DNA from: Candidatus Poribacteria bacterium
GTDB taxonomy: Bacteria; Poribacteria; WGA-4E; WGA-3G
NCBI GenBank assembly: GCA_965214095.1
Contig: OZ243938.1
Coordinates: 4,288,001 to 4,352,000, forward strand
Direction of reading: 5' to 3'
DNA: 64,000 bases
The notes beneath the pieces are model-generated. The model was not told the origin of the DNA. It was given only the letters and a program-made list of their open reading frames with translations, and made no database searches. Below are positions 48,228 through 58,398 of this stretch, in pieces (positions within the stretch are counted from its first letter, which is position 1; each line of letters begins with the position of its first letter). The position numbers and the translations under genes were made by a program.

Positions 48228-49447
48228 GCATTACCAATTTTTTCAATTGCTTCTACAATCTGATCCATGTCCGATTCCGTACCGAGAAACATATTTTGGA
48301 AAAGCCACACACTCGTTTCACATACCATTTCTGTATTTGGACAGGTTAATGTGCGTATCAGGTGCGGATATTTTTCAGTGACATGAGCCATTCCAGGTTC
48401 TTCGGAAAGCGGAGAACGGTAGCCGATTGAACACGGGACTCCTTCAGCAGATAATGCATTCACAAATTCTTGTCGCGATTTACCACCAAATCCTTCTGGA
48501 TCATATTTCATACAGTAAAGATGATATCCGTGTTTAGTTGCCCAAGATGCAAGTTTAGGTGGCGTGATTCCTGGGATGTTTTCCAAAGCATTAGACAGAT
48601 AGATTGCATTTTGATTGCGTCTGCCAGTTTGTGTTTCAAGTAGTTCTAATCGGACAGACAGAATGGCTGCGAGATATTCAGATGGACGATAATTCCATCC
48701 AAGCCGCGGATATTCCCATCTTGCACCGCCGGGAGCGCGTCCTACATTCATAAAGGCACATACCCTATCGTGAATGTCTTTGTCGTTTGTGGTGACCATG
48801 CCACCTTCACCAGATGTCAGGTTCTTGGATGACTGAAAACTAAATGCACCTACATCACTCAGGCTACCCACTTTTTTTGTGCGGTATTCGGCACCGTGTG
48901 CTTGTGCACAATCCTCAATTATTTTGAGTTGATGACGTTGTGCTATTTCTCTTAATTCTCCTATATTTGCAGGATGCCCACCGAGATGTACGGGGAGAAT
49001 CGCACGGGTTTCAGGAGTAATCGCTGCTTCCACTGCATCGGGATCAATTGTGAATGTGTCTGGACAGACATCTACAAAGGCTACGGTGCAGCTCCGTTCT
49101 AAGACTGCACTTGCTGTCGCGACAAAAGTATAGTTTGGTACGATGACTTCTCCACCCTCACTGAACCCATCAAGGTCAAGTGCCCCTGCTAAAGCAGCAC
49201 TGATTGAGTCAGTACCGTGTGGCATAAATATGGCGTATTGTGTGCCAGTGTATTCAGCATATTGTTCGCAGAAACGGGGTATCATAGAACCACCAGATCC
49301 CTCATTACCGCTCAAATAGACTTCACGTAGTAAGGGTTCAACCTTTGATTCCCATTCTTCTGTGGTATTTATTGGCCATTGTTGCCACGGGTGAGTATTT
49401 GTGTTCCTAACGGGAGTTCCGCCAGAAATCGCTAATTGTTTTGACAT
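48218..49447 (-). CDS. DegT/DnrJ/EryC1/StrS family aminotransferase
   Basis: YTFVAT, EDCAQAHGA, FSFQSSKNLTSGEGG and GWNYR motifs. Confidence 0.92.
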   Translation of the reverse strand: MSKQLAISGGTPVRNTNTHPWQQWPINTTEEWESKVEPLLREVYLSGNEGSGGSMIPRFCEQYAEYTGTQYAIFMPHGTDSISAALAGALDLDGFSEGGEVIVPNYTFVATASAVLERSCTVAFVDVCPDTFTIDPDAVEAAITPETRAILPVHLGGHPANIGELREIAQRHQLKIIEDCAQAHGAEYRTKKVGSLSDVGAFSFQSSKNLTSGEGGMVTTNDKDIHDRVCAFMNVGRAPGGARWEYPRLGWNYRPSEYLAAILSVRLELLETQTGRRNQNAIYLSNALENIPGITPPKLASWATKHGYHLYCMKYDPEGFGGKSRQEFVNALSAEGVPCSIGYRSPLSEEPGMAHVTEKYPHLIRTLTCPNTEMVCETSVWLFQNMFLGTESDMDQIVEAIEKIGNAWN

Positions 49448-49481
49448 TAATATCTCCGACTAAAACAAGTCTAAAAGCAAT

Positions 49482-49584
49482 TATAGGGAATTATAAAGAT
49501 AAGTTGACACTTTCGCCCCACGGTAGGCGAGGTTTCCTAACCTCGCCGATGCAGAGTGTTCAAGTAATTTCAAAATCTACTATA
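49482..49584 (+). mobile_element. 103-bp TA-ended MITE-like element enclosing a GTAG REP hairpin
   Basis: Ends TATAG...CTATA with an imperfect TIR of about 30 bp around the core CGGTAGGCGAGGTTTCCTAACCTCGCC. It differs from 63039-63141 at 4 positions by my count. Confidence 0.8.
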
Positions 49585-49656
49585 ATTTCTCTAAAGACAT
49601 TAGCTATACGTTTGACAAAATTATACCATATTTTCTTACTATATATACAGTAATTG

Positions 49657-50373
49657 TCAATCATGTTCCATTTTACGAACACCGTTCTCATACTTAACAT
49701 GATATGAAACATCGGGAACATCCATCATACGAATAGCAAGTTCACCAAAGGTAATATGTGGTTCCGAAAGGAGAAGGAGTTCATCTAACGATTCAGTAGG
49801 TGTTTTGTCAGTTGTATCAAGCACGATTGTTCGTCCTTTTTGTGTAAACAAAGATTTGTCTATCTCATCCTGAAAACGTTGTTTTAGTTTAGGTATATCC
49901 GCTGACTTGATAATTTGGTATTCGTGTGGGTTTTCTTCCATTCGCTGTTGAATTGCCTCATCACTTGCTGTAACGTGAATCATGACAACATCCGGCAAAC
50001 GCGCTTCCATAACTTGTACTTCGTATCCACGTTGTGCGCGGTGATGATAGTTACTATAATACGGACTATCAGGATCGCCACCATAGACAGAAGTATATAC
50101 TATTTCCTCAATATGCCAACCGGCAATCAGTGTGTTTGGATAGTTTTTGATTACCTCAACGTGATACTGGATCTGCATACGCTGCATCCGTTCCTTGACA
50201 TCATCAGGGAAATTTATGTATGCTGCTCTTGATTCTGAACTCAACGTTGAATCGGGAATAGTAAAGTGGTCATCAACATGAACTGATAGTTTCCGATGGC
50301 GATAATATTCGGTCAAAAGGTTTATCAAAGTAGATTTTCCTGCGTACTCAATTCCGGCAAAAATACATCTCAT
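49657..50373 (-). CDS. P-loop nucleoside/nucleotide kinase-like protein
   Basis: N-terminal Walker A GIEYAGKST and a thymidylate-kinase-like layout (IHVTAS..., LDTT). Confidence 0.65.
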   Translation of the reverse strand: MRCIFAGIEYAGKSTLINLLTEYYRHRKLSVHVDDHFTIPDSTLSSESRAAYINFPDDVKERMQRMQIQYHVEVIKNYPNTLIAGWHIEEIVYTSVYGGDPDSPYYSNYHHRAQRGYEVQVMEARLPDVVMIHVTASDEAIQQRMEENPHEYQIIKSADIPKLKQRFQDEIDKSLFTQKGRTIVLDTTDKTPTESLDELLLLSEPHITFGELAIRMMDVPDVSYHVKYENGVRKMEHD

Positions 50374-50492
50374 AGAATTCCTCTCAATACAATAAAATAG
50401 ATAGTACGATATCTTAGTACAGGTTTATCACGAAACATGAAAAATGTCAAGAATCTGTTTTGTTTTTGCAGTGAGTATACAATCTGATTTAC

Positions 50493-50521
50493 TTGACATT
50501 AGCATAGTTTCAAGGTATAAT
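50493..50521 (+). promoter_or_regulatory. Consensus sigma70 promoter for dusB-dapF-dapA
   Basis: Perfect TTGACA-17 nt-TATAAT. Confidence 0.75.
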
Positions 50522-50627
50522 AACCTAATTCCTTTGAGGTAAAATACATAGGATTTGAAGACAATATATGTGAATGTTCATTACATAATTATCTTTAGTA
50601 AATGAAAAATAAAAACAAACAAAGATC

Positions 50628-51668
50628 ATGTTAAGAATTGGCGATGTAAATATACCAGAATTTCCCCTTTTGTTGGCACCGATGGAAGATGTCAGTGATC
50701 CGCCTTTTCGCGCCGTTTGTAAAGAAAATGGTGCGGACATCATGTATACCGAATTTATATCTTCAGAAGCTCTCATCCGTGATGCTGCTCAGAGTGTTGC
50801 TAAGTTAGACATATTCAAATATGAAAAACCTATTGGTATACAAATATTTGGACACGATATTGATGTGATGCGAGAAACTGTTGAAATCACTGAACGCGTT
50901 GAACCCGACATTATTGATATAAATTATGGATGTCCGGTGAAAAAGGTTACATGTAAAGGTGCGGGAGCAGGTATTCTCCAAGACATTCCAAAGATGGTTA
51001 AAATGACCGCAGAAATGGTCAAGAAGACCACTTTGCCAGTCACTGTGAAAACACGATTAGGGTGGGATGATAACACGAAATATATCGTTGAAGTTGCAGA
51101 ACGTCTACAAGATGTGGGTATCCGTGCAATATCAATTCACGGAAGAACACGTCGTCAAATGTATAAAGGTGAAGCAGATTGGACGCTCATAGGTAAAATC
51201 AAAGACAATCCACGCATGACTATTCCGGTATTCGGTAACGGAGATGTAGATAGTCCGCAAAAAGCAGCTCATAAGCGACAAAAATACGGTGTTGACGGTA
51301 TCATGATCGGTCGTGCTGCTATAGGTTACCCGTGGATATTCAATGAAATTAAACACTACTTTGCCACAGGCGAGATACTTGACCCTCCACCGATAGATGA
51401 ACGTATTGCAGTATTCAGAAAACATCTGGACTTTTCTATAAAATGGAAAGGTTTGAAACTTGGTTTGATAGAGATGCGGAGACACTACAGCAACTATTTT
51501 AAAGGCATTCCGCACGTAAAACCTTTTCGTACTCGTTTGGTAACATGTGATAGTTACGATGGTGTACTATCCATCATTGAGGAACTCAGAAGCCATGCAT
51601 ACAGTACTCAAGCAGACACATACCAACTACCTTTAAACCAGATGCAGTATCAAAATGTCTTGACGTAA
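50628..51668 (+). CDS. dusB: tRNA-dihydrouridine synthase B
   Basis: LAPME, IDINYGCP, PVTVKTRLGW, HGRTR, GNGD and MIGRA motifs. Confidence 0.93.
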   Translation: MLRIGDVNIPEFPLLLAPMEDVSDPPFRAVCKENGADIMYTEFISSEALIRDAAQSVAKLDIFKYEKPIGIQIFGHDIDVMRETVEITERVEPDIIDINYGCPVKKVTCKGAGAGILQDIPKMVKMTAEMVKKTTLPVTVKTRLGWDDNTKYIVEVAERLQDVGIRAISIHGRTRRQMYKGEADWTLIGKIKDNPRMTIPVFGNGDVDSPQKAAHKRQKYGVDGIMIGRAAIGYPWIFNEIKHYFATGEILDPPPIDERIAVFRKHLDFSIKWKGLKLGLIEMRRHYSNYFKGIPHVKPFRTRLVTCDSYDGVLSIIEELRSHAYSTQADTYQLPLNQMQYQNVLT

Positions 51669-51716
51669 TCGTGCATTAATTTTATGATATTAGAAAAGGA
51701 AGAATAGGATATAGTG

Positions 51717-52550
51717 ATGAATAAAATACCTTTTATGAAACTTAGTGGTGCCGGTAACGACTTTGTTATCATCAACAATCTCAGCAATATCGTTGATAGT
51801 GCTGATGTCCAATTCAAGAATTTTGTATCTAAAGTCTGTCAGCGAAGAATGTCGGTTGGGGCTGATGGAGTGCTTCTTGTAGAAGATTCTGATGATGTTG
51901 ATTTCCGAATGCGGTACTTTAACGCCGATGGTGGCGAGGTTGAAACTTGTGGAAACGGTGCCCGTTGTATTTCTAAATTTGCTTTTCTTCATGGAATCGT
52001 CCCTGAAAAGATGCGATTTTTGACGAATGCGGGAATTTATGAAGCAGAAGTAGTCAGTGATAACGTTAAAGTAGGTATGAGTGACCCTACGGATATACGG
52101 ATTAATGTTCCACTGAAACTTGAAGATGGTAAGCACACAGTTGGATTTGCAAATACTGGTGTTCCGCATGTCGTTTTCTTTGTGGATGACTTGAAAGATA
52201 CAGATGTATTTGATTTGGGTCAACAAACACGTTATCATAATGACTTTAACCCTGATGGAACAAATGCAAATTTTATCCATATCTATTCAGAAGAACTACT
52301 TGAAATACGGACTTATGAACGTGGTGTAGAAAACGAGACACTGGCATGTGGAACAGGTTCTATTGCTTCTGCCATTGTCTCTGCAGTCTTAGGCAGGGTC
52401 CAATCACCCGTTTCTGTCAAAACAGCAAGTGGGGTCGTATTAAAAATACATTTCGATTTAGAGAATGAAGCCGCAAGAAATGTGTTTCTTGAGGGGGATG
52501 CCCGCGTTATTTTTGCTGGTGAACTCACATCGGATGCTTGGAATTATTAA
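51717..52550 (+). CDS. dapF: Diaminopimelate epimerase
   Basis: GAGNDF, NADG..CGNGARC, TGVPH and TYERGVE.ETLACGTG motifs. Confidence 0.96.
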   Translation: MNKIPFMKLSGAGNDFVIINNLSNIVDSADVQFKNFVSKVCQRRMSVGADGVLLVEDSDDVDFRMRYFNADGGEVETCGNGARCISKFAFLHGIVPEKMRFLTNAGIYEAEVVSDNVKVGMSDPTDIRINVPLKLEDGKHTVGFANTGVPHVVFFVDDLKDTDVFDLGQQTRYHNDFNPDGTNANFIHIYSEELLEIRTYERGVENETLACGTGSIASAIVSAVLGRVQSPVSVKTASGVVLKIHFDLENEAARNVFLEGDARVIFAGELTSDAWNY

Positions 52551-52595
52551 GAAGAACAAAGCACTTTTTGGTGTTTAGTGATTAAGGAGGATTAC

Positions 52596-53471
52596 ATGTT
52601 TGAGGGGTCTTTTGTAGCACTCGTCACACCCTTTAAGGACGATGACTCGTTAGATGAAGCGAAACTCAAGGAACTGATTGAGTTTCAGATTGAAGGCGGA
52701 ACACACGGTATCGTCCCGTGTGGAACAACAGGTGAATCTCCTTCGCTTTCTGATTCAGAACATGGTCGCGTCATAGATATCACAATTGAAACTGTGAATG
52801 GAAGAGTCCCTGTGATTGCTGGTACAGGTTCAAATTCAACGGCTCGTACACTCCACGCGACGAAACACGCAAAAGCTGCGGGTGCTGATGCTGCACTTAT
52901 CGTTACGCCATATTACAACAAACCGAACCAAGAAGGTCTTTATGCCCACTACATGAAAATTGCTGATACCGTTGATATTCCCATTGTAGTCTACAACGTC
53001 CCCGGCAGGTGTGGTACAGACATCCTTTCTCCGACTATAGCACGTCTTGCTGAACATCCGAACATCGTTGCTCTCAAAGAGGCAACAGGTGAACTTAAAC
53101 GCGCAAGCGAGGTCGTCAACTTATGTCCGGATGATTTTGTCGTGCTTTCTGGTGATGATGTCAACACATTACCGATTATGGCGGTTGGTGGAAAGGGTGT
53201 TATCTCTGTCGTGGCAAACATTGCCCCCTCTGACATAGCTGAAATGTGTAACGCATTTCACGCGGGAAATCTTGAACTTGCCCGTAAACTTCATTACAAA
53301 ACATATCCTTTAGCAGTTAATCTGTTCATTGAAACGAATCCTATTCCTGCAAAAACATCCTTGAAGTTGATGGGCAAACTCAATGGAAAAGTCAGATTGC
53401 CACTGGCTCCGCTCTCTCCAATGAATCTTGAAGTACTCCGTGATACACTTACAGATACAGGTTTGATCTAA
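52596..53471 (+). CDS. dapA: 4-hydroxy-tetrahydrodipicolinate synthase
   Basis: GTTGES, PYYNKP, YNVPGR, LKEA and ETNPIP motifs. The start follows AAGGAGG. Confidence 0.96.
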   Translation: MFEGSFVALVTPFKDDDSLDEAKLKELIEFQIEGGTHGIVPCGTTGESPSLSDSEHGRVIDITIETVNGRVPVIAGTGSNSTARTLHATKHAKAAGADAALIVTPYYNKPNQEGLYAHYMKIADTVDIPIVVYNVPGRCGTDILSPTIARLAEHPNIVALKEATGELKRASEVVNLCPDDFVVLSGDDVNTLPIMAVGGKGVISVVANIAPSDIAEMCNAFHAGNLELARKLHYKTYPLAVNLFIETNPIPAKTSLKLMGKLNGKVRLPLAPLSPMNLEVLRDTLTDTGLI

Positions 53472-53562
53472 AGATGCAGATCACTTCCAAAAGTTAATAA
53501 AGCATATATCCCATTGATGTCCGACAGAAATCGGGCTTTTCTTATATGTGAGAATACTACTC

Positions 53563-54651
53563 ATGAAAAAGATTGTAAAAAGACTACTGATAGGTATTGG
53601 AATCATCGCTGTTGTGATTGCAATTGCAGCTGGCTATATGTTTTGGAAGATGGGACAGCCTATTTATATATTCGGTTCAGTAAATAGTGCTGAAAACCTT
53701 CGCGGTCCGTTAGAACCTCCAGAGCAATCGGATCCTACATCTTGGCGCGTGGAGTCTGATATCACAATTCATTATGATGTCTATGGAAAGGGCAGACCAA
53801 TCATCATCGTTCACGGAGGTCCGGGAATACCGTACGCAAATGCTTGGAAAGGATTAGAACCGTTAGAAGAACAATACGCATTCTACTATTATCATCAAAG
53901 AGGAGCAGGTGACTCTACCCGTCCAATTGATAGATTTGAATCAAAAAACTATCCTAAAAATGTTACAAAGCTTGAACAGACACTTGGTGTAGGCGCACAA
54001 ATTGCAGATATTGAACGTATTCGTCGTATACTTGGTGAAGATAAGCTAATACTTATCGGACATTCGTTTGGTGGATTTATTGCAGCACTTTATGCTGCAG
54101 AATTTCCCATGAGGGTTGAGAAATTAATACTTGTTGCACCTGCAGGAATGTTAACACCACCACAGAAAGGCAACAATTTCTTTGATGCCGTTCGGCAGAA
54201 ACTACCAGAAGAAGATCATAATAAATATGATACGCTTATGAAGGATTACTTTAATTTTGGGAACATCTTCTCTAAAACAGATAGTGATCTGGTTGATTTA
54301 CATTCAGAAGTCGGACACTACCTTTTGAAGGGGATGGGATATGATATGACACAGATGGATACACCACCATCGCCAGGCGGATGGAGCACATTTGCTGTCT
54401 ACTTCAGCACGGGTAGATCACCGGACTATCGTGATGCAGTAGGACATATCACTGCTCCAACATTGATAGTACACGGTGATGACGACGATATTGCGCTAAA
54501 CGGAAGTCGTCAATACGAAGAATTTATTCAGAATGCAAAGTTTATTTCCATCGGTTGTTCTAACAAATCAACTATATCTGGACACTTTATATTTGATGAT
54601 TGTCCAGATCAGTTCGCTGCGGCCATCATGAGTTTCTTGACTGACCAATAA
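53563..54651 (+). CDS. Membrane-anchored alpha/beta hydrolase (proline iminopeptidase-like)
   Basis: N-terminal TM segment, HGGPG, GHSFGG nucleophile elbow, and C-terminal Asp and His. Confidence 0.85.
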   Translation: MKKIVKRLLIGIGIIAVVIAIAAGYMFWKMGQPIYIFGSVNSAENLRGPLEPPEQSDPTSWRVESDITIHYDVYGKGRPIIIVHGGPGIPYANAWKGLEPLEEQYAFYYYHQRGAGDSTRPIDRFESKNYPKNVTKLEQTLGVGAQIADIERIRRILGEDKLILIGHSFGGFIAALYAAEFPMRVEKLILVAPAGMLTPPQKGNNFFDAVRQKLPEEDHNKYDTLMKDYFNFGNIFSKTDSDLVDLHSEVGHYLLKGMGYDMTQMDTPPSPGGWSTFAVYFSTGRSPDYRDAVGHITAPTLIVHGDDDDIALNGSRQYEEFIQNAKFISIGCSNKSTISGHFIFDDCPDQFAAAIMSFLTDQ

Positions 54652-55561
54652 ACTCAGCAATATCTGATGTATGTGTTTTGAAATCTCTTTCTGCTAAAGA
54701 CTTCAGATTATCTGACTGGAGAACGGTGTCAATATCCCAATAGGTTATTTTCGGGTCAATCCGTAAGTAATTCTCATTGAGTAATCGACCGACCAATTTT
54801 GCTGATGCTTGAGATTGTAATGTCATTACGAAAGAAACTAACTTTATTCCACCCCATCCTGAAATGAAACCCCATCCCCGTTTCTTTTTATACATTGATA
54901 TTGAATGTCCTGTCCCTAAAGACAATATCTTTATCTGTGATGGAGTCTTTCCAAAGGATGTGAGTGCCTCAGTATATGCAGCAATAGAAGGATTGTTTGC
55001 CCACAAACCACCATCCGACAGCATAAGATTTTTTATGTTTTTCGGAGCAAAAAACGTCGGTGCGGCACACGAAGCCACAATCGCATCACGTAGACATACA
55101 TCACCATCAGAATATTCAGTTTCACTCAGTTTTTCACAGTATTTCGATCTGAAAATGTGGGACTCACTTGTTGTTATCTCCGAACATGTGATCAGAAGTG
55201 GTGTTGCAATATCTGATAACGGCGTTGCGGGGATATGATGTGCGATTATCTCTGCCAACTTTTCATTTGAATATTTGCTGAAAAATATAGGATTCCGATA
55301 CCACTTTTTACGGAAAATGTCAGGTGCTTCAGTTTCAAAGAGTTCAACAATTTCGGTCATTGGAATATCAGAAACAGCAGCACCAGCAATGATTGATCCA
55401 GTACTTGTTCCTGCGATGAGATCAAAGCAGTCTTTGATCTGCACATTGTATGTTTCTTCAACTTTGGCAAGGAGTTGTGCAGAATATATACCGCGTGTGC
55501 CGCCGCCATCTAAGGCAAGGATGTGTAGGGTATCATTGTTTTTCATTGAATTATTGGTCAT
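54626..55561 (-). CDS. Patatin-like phospholipase (CapV-like)
   Basis: LDGGGTRG, GTSTG, SCAAPTFF, DGGLWANNP and LSLGTG motifs. The start at 55561 (or 55546) overlaps or abuts the upstream stop. Confidence 0.9.
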   Translation of the reverse strand: MTNNSMKNNDTLHILALDGGGTRGIYSAQLLAKVEETYNVQIKDCFDLIAGTSTGSIIAGAAVSDIPMTEIVELFETEAPDIFRKKWYRNPIFFSKYSNEKLAEIIAHHIPATPLSDIATPLLITCSEITTSESHIFRSKYCEKLSETEYSDGDVCLRDAIVASCAAPTFFAPKNIKNLMLSDGGLWANNPSIAAYTEALTSFGKTPSQIKILSLGTGHSISMYKKKRGWGFISGWGGIKLVSFVMTLQSQASAKLVGRLLNENYLRIDPKITYWDIDTVLQSDNLKSLAERDFKTHTSDIAEFIGQSRNS

Positions 55562-56546
55562 CTTCGTTTTCTGGTGGTTCCCAGTCTGCGACATTGAGTG
55601 CTTTGATACGGGAACGGAAGATATTGTCAAACAATTCTAATTTTGATGTTAACCATTCATGTTGATTTTTCCAGTCTGACTCATCTGTCAGATCTGTGTT
55701 ATCTTTAACCAAATACACTTGACTCTCTTCAAGTTCCGGACGTTCTGCCCATTCAAGGTTTTCGCCAAATGCACTATTTATTTCTTTTCTTTGTTCCTGT
55801 AACAAATGAAAGTATGCTTTAGTATTGTGACCTCGTATGGTAAACTGGATACGAATTTGCTTGTTTTTAGTACTCAGAATTGCGTAAATACCAAAACCAG
55901 ATTTCCCAACTCCAAAAACCATTCTTGCTATAGGTTGCGGTTTTGGTTTTCTAAGCATACTATTCTTTTCAATTAGGTGTTTGCCAAATTCTGACCAGAA
56001 TTTCTTATATAATAATTGGATTTCAGAGAGATCACTGATTATCTCGCGTTCAGAGTCCTGAATCACTGTCCTACTCCAGTCATTAGGACTAGAAACGACT
56101 TCAAATTGTGGAGCACGGTCTGAATCTCCAATTTGCCAAACTTTTATTTCTATGCCGAAGAACTGAAAACCTTTGTCTGCTGTCATCTCATTTAGTTTGT
56201 CAAGAGCTGCGCGGTGTTCATTACAAAACTTTTTTGCTATCCAAATCACTGTTTGTGCATTTAAACCAGCCACATAAGTCAAAATTTGACCGAGGTGTTT
56301 ATGGTCTGTTTCATGCAATTGGTTTTCAATAAGTACTCGCGAACCATCTTCATTTTTACAAAGAATATCGGCACGAAAGCCTTCTCCACTTATCTCTACT
56401 CCCTCAACTTCAAGTGCCATACCAAGGGTTTCTCCGAGGAAAGTCAGATTTTCTTCCTCAGCCAACCACGGTGTGAAATGTTGTGGTTCATTTTCCCAAA
56501 CGTCGTTCAATTCAACTTTTTCAAGCCTTGAAAGTTCTTTATTCAT
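55551..56546 (-). CDS. DUF4268-domain protein with an N-terminal PD-(D/E)XK-like nuclease region
   Basis: WENE..FTPWL, ADILC..VLIENQL..TDH.HLGQ..TY and IWIA motifs. The C-terminal FW..F and LEW..W pattern matches DUF4268. Confidence 0.8.
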   Translation of the reverse strand: MNKELSRLEKVELNDVWENEPQHFTPWLAEEENLTFLGETLGMALEVEGVEISGEGFRADILCKNEDGSRVLIENQLHETDHKHLGQILTYVAGLNAQTVIWIAKKFCNEHRAALDKLNEMTADKGFQFFGIEIKVWQIGDSDRAPQFEVVSSPNDWSRTVIQDSEREIISDLSEIQLLYKKFWSEFGKHLIEKNSMLRKPKPQPIARMVFGVGKSGFGIYAILSTKNKQIRIQFTIRGHNTKAYFHLLQEQRKEINSAFGENLEWAERPELEESQVYLVKDNTDLTDESDWKNQHEWLTSKLELFDNIFRSRIKALNVADWEPPENEDDQ

Positions 56547-56728
56547 TTACTGTCGTCTCCTTTAATGCTTTACCGTTGAGTTTAATTTTTACCAAGATAC
56601 CATATCAATGAGTTCATATCAATGGAATTTTATTGAGAAGGTTAACAGTATGTGTTATACTCCAACATATCAACGAGATCACAGATTGAGTTAGGTAGTA
56701 CCTCAAATTATATATTATCAGGAGTATC

Positions 56729-58057
56729 ATGAACAAACCAAATATCATCTATATTCATTCTCACGATACAGGACGGTATGTGCAACCCTACGGTCATGCA
56801 ATACCGACACCAAACATACAGAAGTTAGCAGAAGACGGTGCCCTATTCCGTAATGCATTCTGTGCAAACCCAACATGTTCACCATCACGTGCAGCACTTC
56901 TCACAGGACAGTATGCCCACAGTTGCGGTATGGGAGGATTGGCAAACCGCGGATGGAGTCTACCTGTTCCTAAACATCTTCTACCATATACACTGAATGA
57001 TGCAGGATATATGACTGCATTAGCAGGATTCCAGCATGTGGTAAGGAATGTCAAAGAGACTGGTTACCAACGAGTTTTAGCACAAGAGAACGGCAACGGT
57101 GGTGCAGAACAGCGCGCCTGCGCGTTCCTTGACGAAGAACATGAGCAACCATTCTTCTTAGACATCGGATTTAGTGAAACACATCGCAAAGCAAAAGGGT
57201 TTGATTCACCTCCAGATGGTGAATCGAAAACCGATCCACGCTATGTGAAACCACCTGCTCCATTTCCCGATAATCCTGTAACAAGGCAGGATATGGCGGA
57301 ATATATTGACGCTGCAAAAAAACTTGACTGGAAAATGGGAAAAGTTTTTGACTCATTGGAAAAGAACGGACTTGTTGAAAACACACTTGTCATCTGCACA
57401 ACAGACCACGGTCTTGCATTTCCACGTATGAAATGTCACGTTAGTGACCACGGTATCGGTGTGATGTTGATTGTCCGAGGCCCTGGTGGGTTTGATGGTG
57501 GAAAAGTCGTTGACGGATTAGTAAGTCAGATTGACCTATTTCCAACTGTCTGTGATTTGGCAGAGATTGATCCTCCTGAGTGGTTGCAAGGACACTCAGT
57601 TCTACCATTGGTTCGTGGAGAAACTGATGATATAAGAGATGCCGTCTTTGCTGAAGTGAATTATCACTGTTGCTATGAACCGCAGCGCGCTATCCGCACA
57701 AAACGGTGGAAATACATACGACGGTATGATGATGCGAAACAGTGGGCATTGCCAAACTGCGACGATAGCATCAGTAAATCATATATGTTGGAAAATGGTT
57801 GGGCAGACCAACCTGTTGAAACGGAACGTTTATATGATGTCGTATTTGATCTGTCTGAAGCACATAACCTTGCGGAAAATCCAGATTATGCAGATTTTTT
57901 GACAGAGATGCGCGGTCGTTTAGAGCAATGGAGAAGAGATACAGATGATCCAGTGAATGAAAACCAAATTATGGAACCACCTGAGTCGGCAGTTTTAAAC
58001 GTTCCGACTGATGTGTCTCCTGGAGACAAACGTTATCCTGCTGCAGAGATTCTTTGA
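56729..58057 (+). CDS. Sulfatase (Cys-type, sulfamidase-like)
   Basis: Formylglycine motif CSPSRAALLTG and TTDHG. Confidence 0.92.
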   Translation: MNKPNIIYIHSHDTGRYVQPYGHAIPTPNIQKLAEDGALFRNAFCANPTCSPSRAALLTGQYAHSCGMGGLANRGWSLPVPKHLLPYTLNDAGYMTALAGFQHVVRNVKETGYQRVLAQENGNGGAEQRACAFLDEEHEQPFFLDIGFSETHRKAKGFDSPPDGESKTDPRYVKPPAPFPDNPVTRQDMAEYIDAAKKLDWKMGKVFDSLEKNGLVENTLVICTTDHGLAFPRMKCHVSDHGIGVMLIVRGPGGFDGGKVVDGLVSQIDLFPTVCDLAEIDPPEWLQGHSVLPLVRGETDDIRDAVFAEVNYHCCYEPQRAIRTKRWKYIRRYDDAKQWALPNCDDSISKSYMLENGWADQPVETERLYDVVFDLSEAHNLAENPDYADFLTEMRGRLEQWRRDTDDPVNENQIMEPPESAVLNVPTDVSPGDKRYPAAEIL

Positions 58058-58398
58058 TCTTCGGATGTAGATTCCATATCGGTTTCTCCAACTTCTAATG
58101 GGACAACTGAAAGTTTACAACCGAGAGCATTGAGAATAGTACAGAGTGTGTCAAGATGCGGTGCTTTGTCAGCAGAAAGTATCTTTTGTAATGCATCAGG
58201 GGACATGTGTGTCCGCTTTGCCAACTCTGTTATGCCTCCTTGTGCTTCTACAACATAGGCGATACCCTTTAGAAGGAAGGGTATATCACCGTCTTGTTGA
58301 TATTCTTCCAATGCTACATCAAGATAGCCAATTGCTTCTTCCTTATCAGATGCAAGGCGTTTAATCAGATAATCACGCCATTTGGGATATTGTTTCAT
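58033..58398 (-). CDS. Addiction module antidote (HTH) protein, copy 1
   Basis: YL..ALEE, GGITELAKRT.MS and P.LDTL..IL.ALG motifs. The start overlaps the toxin stop (ATGA). Confidence 0.88.
   Translation of the reverse strand: MKQYPKWRDYLIKRLASDKEEAIGYLDVALEEYQQDGDIPFLLKGIAYVVEAQGGITELAKRTHMSPDALQKILSADKAPHLDTLCTILNALGCKLSVVPLEVGETDMESTSEDQRISAAG

Noticed and set aside
52550-52596. Lysine riboswitch before dapA or dapF
   Set aside because: The spacers are only about 45-50 nt, far too short.
54626-55561. Complete CBASS operon
   Set aside because: No CD-NTase, Cap2 or Cap3 gene is adjacent; only the patatin is present.
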